From Promethearchaeota archaeon (GTDB taxonomy: Archaea > Asgardarchaeota > Lokiarchaeia > Sigyniarchaeales > SOKP01), in contig RDOE01000106.1 of NCBI GenBank assembly GCA_011364975.1, positions 1-10,160 on the forward strand: a DNA stretch of 10,160 nucleotides, given 5' to 3'. The notes under the pieces were generated by a model, which did no database searches, was not told the origin of the DNA, and saw only the letters and a program-made list of their open reading frames with translations. Below, piece by piece: positions 6,882 through 10,160 of this stretch. Position 1 is the first letter of the stretch. Each line of letters starts with the position of its first letter. A program made the translations under genes and the position numbers.

Positions 6882-8015
6882 CTATTTAACTACAATTTGC
6901 TTATCTAATTTAGAAAGTTTTTCACAACCTGAACTACTAACACGATAACAATCCTCGACTCCTACTAATCCCTGACCACGAACATTAAGCCAGACTTCTA
7001 AATCTAAAACCATGTTTTCCTCAAAAGAAATGTCCATAGCGCCAGTAGGACCAAAAAGATGGGCTTCCTCACATTCTAATCCTATACTATGAGCCGTTAT
7101 TAAATAAAATCCATGTTTAGTAAGAGATTTTAAATAATTTTGCGCCTCTTCTCTAAAACTTTTTGCATTTACGCCTGATTTGATATTCTCAGCACAGTAA
7201 TCTTGAACTTGAATCATATAGTCCATTGCATCTTGTGCTTTAACGGGAACTTCTCCTATTACAACGCCTCTACTAACATCGGAGATATATCCTTCCCATA
7301 CAGCTCCAAAATCAAATCTTATAATGTCATTAGGTGTAACAGGGATACCCAATCCAGGAGCTTCAGGATCTGATGGTCCGATATTCATAGTAAGATGATC
7401 CCAACCCCAGGCTCCTTCATCTATGATAGTTCTTCTGGCTATTTGTAATAGTTCAGTATCTTTCATATTCAGTTCAACCGCTTCAATACAGTTCTTAATT
7501 GCTTTTTCCGCTACCTCAGTTGATTTTCGAATCCTTCTAATCTCCTCCTCAGTTTTTATTAATCTCATTTCTATAAATGCATTATCAGCTGTAACAAACT
7601 TAATATTTGGAAACTCCTTTTGTAATGCTTCTGATTGATAACGAGGCATGTAAGATTCGAGACCAATAGTTTTATTAGCCAAATTTAATTCTCCAACTTT
7701 CTTTAAAAAAATATTTACCGCTGCTTTTAAGGAACCTGCCCTATATACTTCGTTTGGTGGTACCCAAGAGAATTCTTTGATACTATCATATAAAGACCAA
7801 ACAATCGCGCTTAAATCACCATTTCTATTGATCATAGATAGATTGGGATACTGATTCGATAAAACATATAGAATTGGATTAGGAGCTACATGGGTTACCG
7901 GTAATCCTGTAGTATAAAAAACATTTACCGGCGTGGAGGCAATTAGAAGGTCTATATTATGGCTTTCTAATACCTTTTTTGCTTTTTCTTTATTATATCC
8001 TATAGGATCAGCCAT
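6882..8015 (-). CDS. M24 (Xaa-Pro peptidase / pita-bread fold) metallohydrolase with an atypical substrate site
   Basis: Creatinase-N-like domain (NVFYTTG), RLIKTEEEI, metal ligands D235, D246, H309, E340, E354. Confidence 0.88.
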   Translation of the reverse strand: MADPIGYNKEKAKKVLESHNIDLLIASTPVNVFYTTGLPVTHVAPNPILYVLSNQYPNLSMINRNGDLSAIVWSLYDSIKEFSWVPPNEVYRAGSLKAAVNIFLKKVGELNLANKTIGLESYMPRYQSEALQKEFPNIKFVTADNAFIEMRLIKTEEEIRRIRKSTEVAEKAIKNCIEAVELNMKDTELLQIARRTIIDEGAWGWDHLTMNIGPSDPEAPGLGIPVTPNDIIRFDFGAVWEGYISDVSRGVVIGEVPVKAQDAMDYMIQVQDYCAENIKSGVNAKSFREEAQNYLKSLTKHGFYLITAHSIGLECEEAHLFGPTGAMDISFEENMVLDLEVWLNVRGQGLVGVEDCYRVSSSGCEKLSKLDKQIVVK

Positions 8016-8160
8016 TCTAAATCACTTAAGTCTAAGTATTAATTGAATAAAATATAGTTTTGGTTAAAAATTTTTGATATTCCAGAAAAAAACTTAATGT
8101 CTTTATAAATCCAATGATATAATAATAAATCTATTTACACTTGTTTAATTTTTTAAGATT
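8016..8160. promoter_or_regulatory. Divergent promoter region
   Basis: Minus-strand CAAAAATTTTTAACC (around 8062-8076; BRE/TATA-like) and plus-strand TTTATAAA (8102-8109) between head-to-head genes. Confidence 0.5.
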
Positions 8161-9300
8161 ATGGATTCTGTAAAATATGGACTAGTAGGGATTGGAAAAA
8201 CTGTTAATTCCGCTTGGCCTTATCATTATGTTGGTAGTAAAGATAATCCCAAAATAGAATTTGTTTCCGTTTTTGACATCGATCAAAAGAAAGGAGCTAA
8301 AATGGCTAAGCTCTATAAACTTAAATGTTTTGATTCTTATGAAGCGCTATTAGAGAGCGATATTGATGCTGTTCTTATTATGGTTCCTCATCATGCTCAT
8401 GAAGAAGTTGTAATCAAAGCAGCAAAAGCAAGAAAACATATCTTATGTGAAAAGCCAATGGCAACTACTCTCGAAGGCTGTGATGCGATGATTCGAGAAA
8501 CTAGAAAAGCAGGAGTTAAATTTATGATTGCTGAAAATCATCGATTTTTGCCAGCTCACCAAGCGATTCACGATTTTGTACATAATGGAGCTATTGGTAA
8601 AGTATTTATGATTCGTTCCTATGAAGGAGTTCCTGAAGTTCATAATGTTACGAACCCAAAATCTTGGAAAGCGGATCCTATTAAAGCAGGAGGAGGGGCA
8701 TTAATGGATATGGGTGTACATAAATTTGCTACGATTAATTGGATTTTAAACGATACGGTTGCTTCAGCTTATTCTTGGATTACTAAACAAATTACAAAAT
8801 TATCAGAAAAAGCAGAAGATAACGCGTTTGCTTTATTGAAATATAAGTCTGGTGTGATTGCAGAATGTACCTTAAGTTTTACCGTCAATTCACCTTCCTC
8901 AAATCAATTAGAGATATATGGTACAGAGGGAACAATAATCGAAAATCACAATTGGGAATATCCTATCAAAATTTATAGTTCTCAAAAAATAAAAGCCCCG
9001 AAATCAAACGGATGGTATTTACCTAAAATTAACCATGGGCCTTATCCAAAATATTACTATATATCAATGGGTAATGAAGATTCATATTTTACAGATTGTA
9101 TCTTAGAAGATAAGGAACCGGAATTTACTCCTGAACATGCAAAAGAAGCAATAGCTACTGTTCTTCTAGCATATTTAGCAGCAATCAAGAGCAGAACTAC
9201 TTCAATGAATGAGTTAATGGACTTATATAAAGATAAAGGAACTAGAACTATTTTAGAACAATTAAGTAATGTAATTCAGGAGAATTTTATTTTAGATTAA
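8161..9300 (+). CDS. Gfo/Idh/MocA family NAD(P)-dependent oxidoreductase
   Basis: GLVGIG Rossmann start, PHHAH, HILCEKPMA, ENHRF, GGGALMDMGVH, EDNA, IYGTEG. Confidence 0.92.
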   Translation: MDSVKYGLVGIGKTVNSAWPYHYVGSKDNPKIEFVSVFDIDQKKGAKMAKLYKLKCFDSYEALLESDIDAVLIMVPHHAHEEVVIKAAKARKHILCEKPMATTLEGCDAMIRETRKAGVKFMIAENHRFLPAHQAIHDFVHNGAIGKVFMIRSYEGVPEVHNVTNPKSWKADPIKAGGGALMDMGVHKFATINWILNDTVASAYSWITKQITKLSEKAEDNAFALLKYKSGVIAECTLSFTVNSPSSNQLEIYGTEGTIIENHNWEYPIKIYSSQKIKAPKSNGWYLPKINHGPYPKYYYISMGNEDSYFTDCILEDKEPEFTPEHAKEAIATVLLAYLAAIKSRTTSMNELMDLYKDKGTRTILEQLSNVIQENFILD

Positions 9301-9302
9301 TC

Positions 9303-9321
9303 ATTTTTTTTATTTCTATTT
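9303..9321 (+). terminator. Probable oligo-T terminator
   Basis: T8 run and T-rich tract directly after the stop codon. Confidence 0.45.
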
Positions 9322-9406
9322 CATAATAAATTTATAGAGGCTAACTTTTTAAATACCTTAATAAGTTTAATTTCTTTAATTTGAAAATTCTCCGAGATGA
9401 ACATTT

Positions 9407-9733
9407 ATTTCAAAAGGTTTTGTCAATAATTCTAAACTAGAAAGTTTATCCAATGCAGACCTTATTGAACCTTCTTCTTTAATTGTTAGTAGTGCCTTTC
9501 AAAATACCAACCTCCCTCCATTTTCATGCATAACTGAGGATATAATTGCTCAAGAATGTGAAACTAACAAGAAAGACTATTTGATTATGATAAATGATAT
9601 TCATAATCTCTTAAAAAATAGCAAGGATTTATCGTATGACCAAAAATTAGAGTATTGCAATAGTGAAAGGCATTATATGAAAGAATACCTAAAATACACA
9701 CTTATTAAAGTTAATAAATGCTTTCCTGATTAA
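9407..9733 (+). CDS. Hypothetical soluble protein, about 108 aa (not in ORF track); probable ATT start
   Basis: Stop-free frame 9401-9733 (110 sense codons) in very AT-rich DNA; SD-like GAGATGA 9394-9400; upstream TTTTTAAATA TATA-like box around 9346-9355; first canonical starts only at TTG9581/ATG9587. Confidence 0.5.
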   Translation: MSKGFVNNSKLESLSNADLIEPSSLIVSSAFQNTNLPPFSCITEDIIAQECETNKKDYLIMINDIHNLLKNSKDLSYDQKLEYCNSERHYMKEYLKYTLIKVNKCFPD

Positions 9734-9810
9734 TTCTAATCTATAAGGAATAAAGTTATTAAATTACAATCTTTAGAAAATTCAATTCCATTAGGAGAAA
9801 ATAAGTGCTT

Positions 9811-10160
9811 ATGCAATTTTCAAAATCAATTATTGAACTAATTAGAGAACGTACTTCTTGGAGAACCTATCTAAATAAAATTTTAGATGAGAGAACAAGG
9901 AACGCGATAGAAATAACAATACAAGGTGGAGATTTTCATAGTCCATTTAAAAATAATGTTGGTAACTCTCGATTTAAGTTAATTAGTGTACCAGAATTTG
10001 ACCCAAATGAAAATGTAAAAATTGGAACATATGGAATGATTAAAGGAGCTCAAGAGTTTATAGCTGGAGCTACTGAGAAGTCAAAATACGATCTTGAGAA
10101 TTATGGTTATCTTTTTGAAACAATAATCTTAATTGCTACAGATTTAGGTTTGGGAACATG
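9811..10160 (+). CDS. Nitroreductase family protein (TM1586-like), 5' partial, runs off the window; alternative start GTG9805
   Basis: MQFSKSIIELIRERTSWRTY (RxSxRxY FMN-binding motif) …GTYGMIKGA…GYLFETIILIATDLGLGT; SD AGGAG 9793-9797. Confidence 0.88.
   Translation, partial: MQFSKSIIELIRERTSWRTYLNKILDERTRNAIEITIQGGDFHSPFKNNVGNSRFKLISVPEFDPNENVKIGTYGMIKGAQEFIAGATEKSKYDLENYGYLFETIILIATDLGLGT

Noticed and set aside
7423-7638. 71-aa plus-strand ORF in the track
   Set aside because: Lies wholly antisense within the M24 gene
8443-8643. 66-aa minus-strand ORF in the track
   Set aside because: Antisense within the Gfo/Idh/MocA gene

Overview
AT-rich, archaeal-looking window (BRE/TATA promoters, GGTGA/GGAGG ribosome-binding sites, oligo-T terminators). 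A membrane + winged-helix + zinc-ribbon protein is suggestive of Asgard/Lokiarchaeia, but the taxonomy is inference only. Left (77-1290): a promoter with two tandem 20-bp palindromic operators drives a probable operon of five small membrane proteins; two of them are missing from the ORF track. Next is a 2-TM/wHTH/zinc-ribbon gene that appears to start at a non-canonical ATT (1496). Centre (2203-9300): a catabolic cluster encoding a KdgK-like PfkB kinase, a divergent BKACE/DUF849 beta-keto-acid cleavage enzyme, a UroD/MtaA-fold protein, two convergent SDRs, an M24 metallohydrolase with both conserved substrate histidines replaced by Glu, and a Gfo/Idh/MocA oxidoreductase. This may be an undescribed oxidative deoxy-sugar/sugar-acid pathway. 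Right: an unannotated 108-codon ORF, also apparently ATT-started, and the 5' part of a nitroreductase. No rRNA, tRNA, CRISPR array or mobile element was seen.
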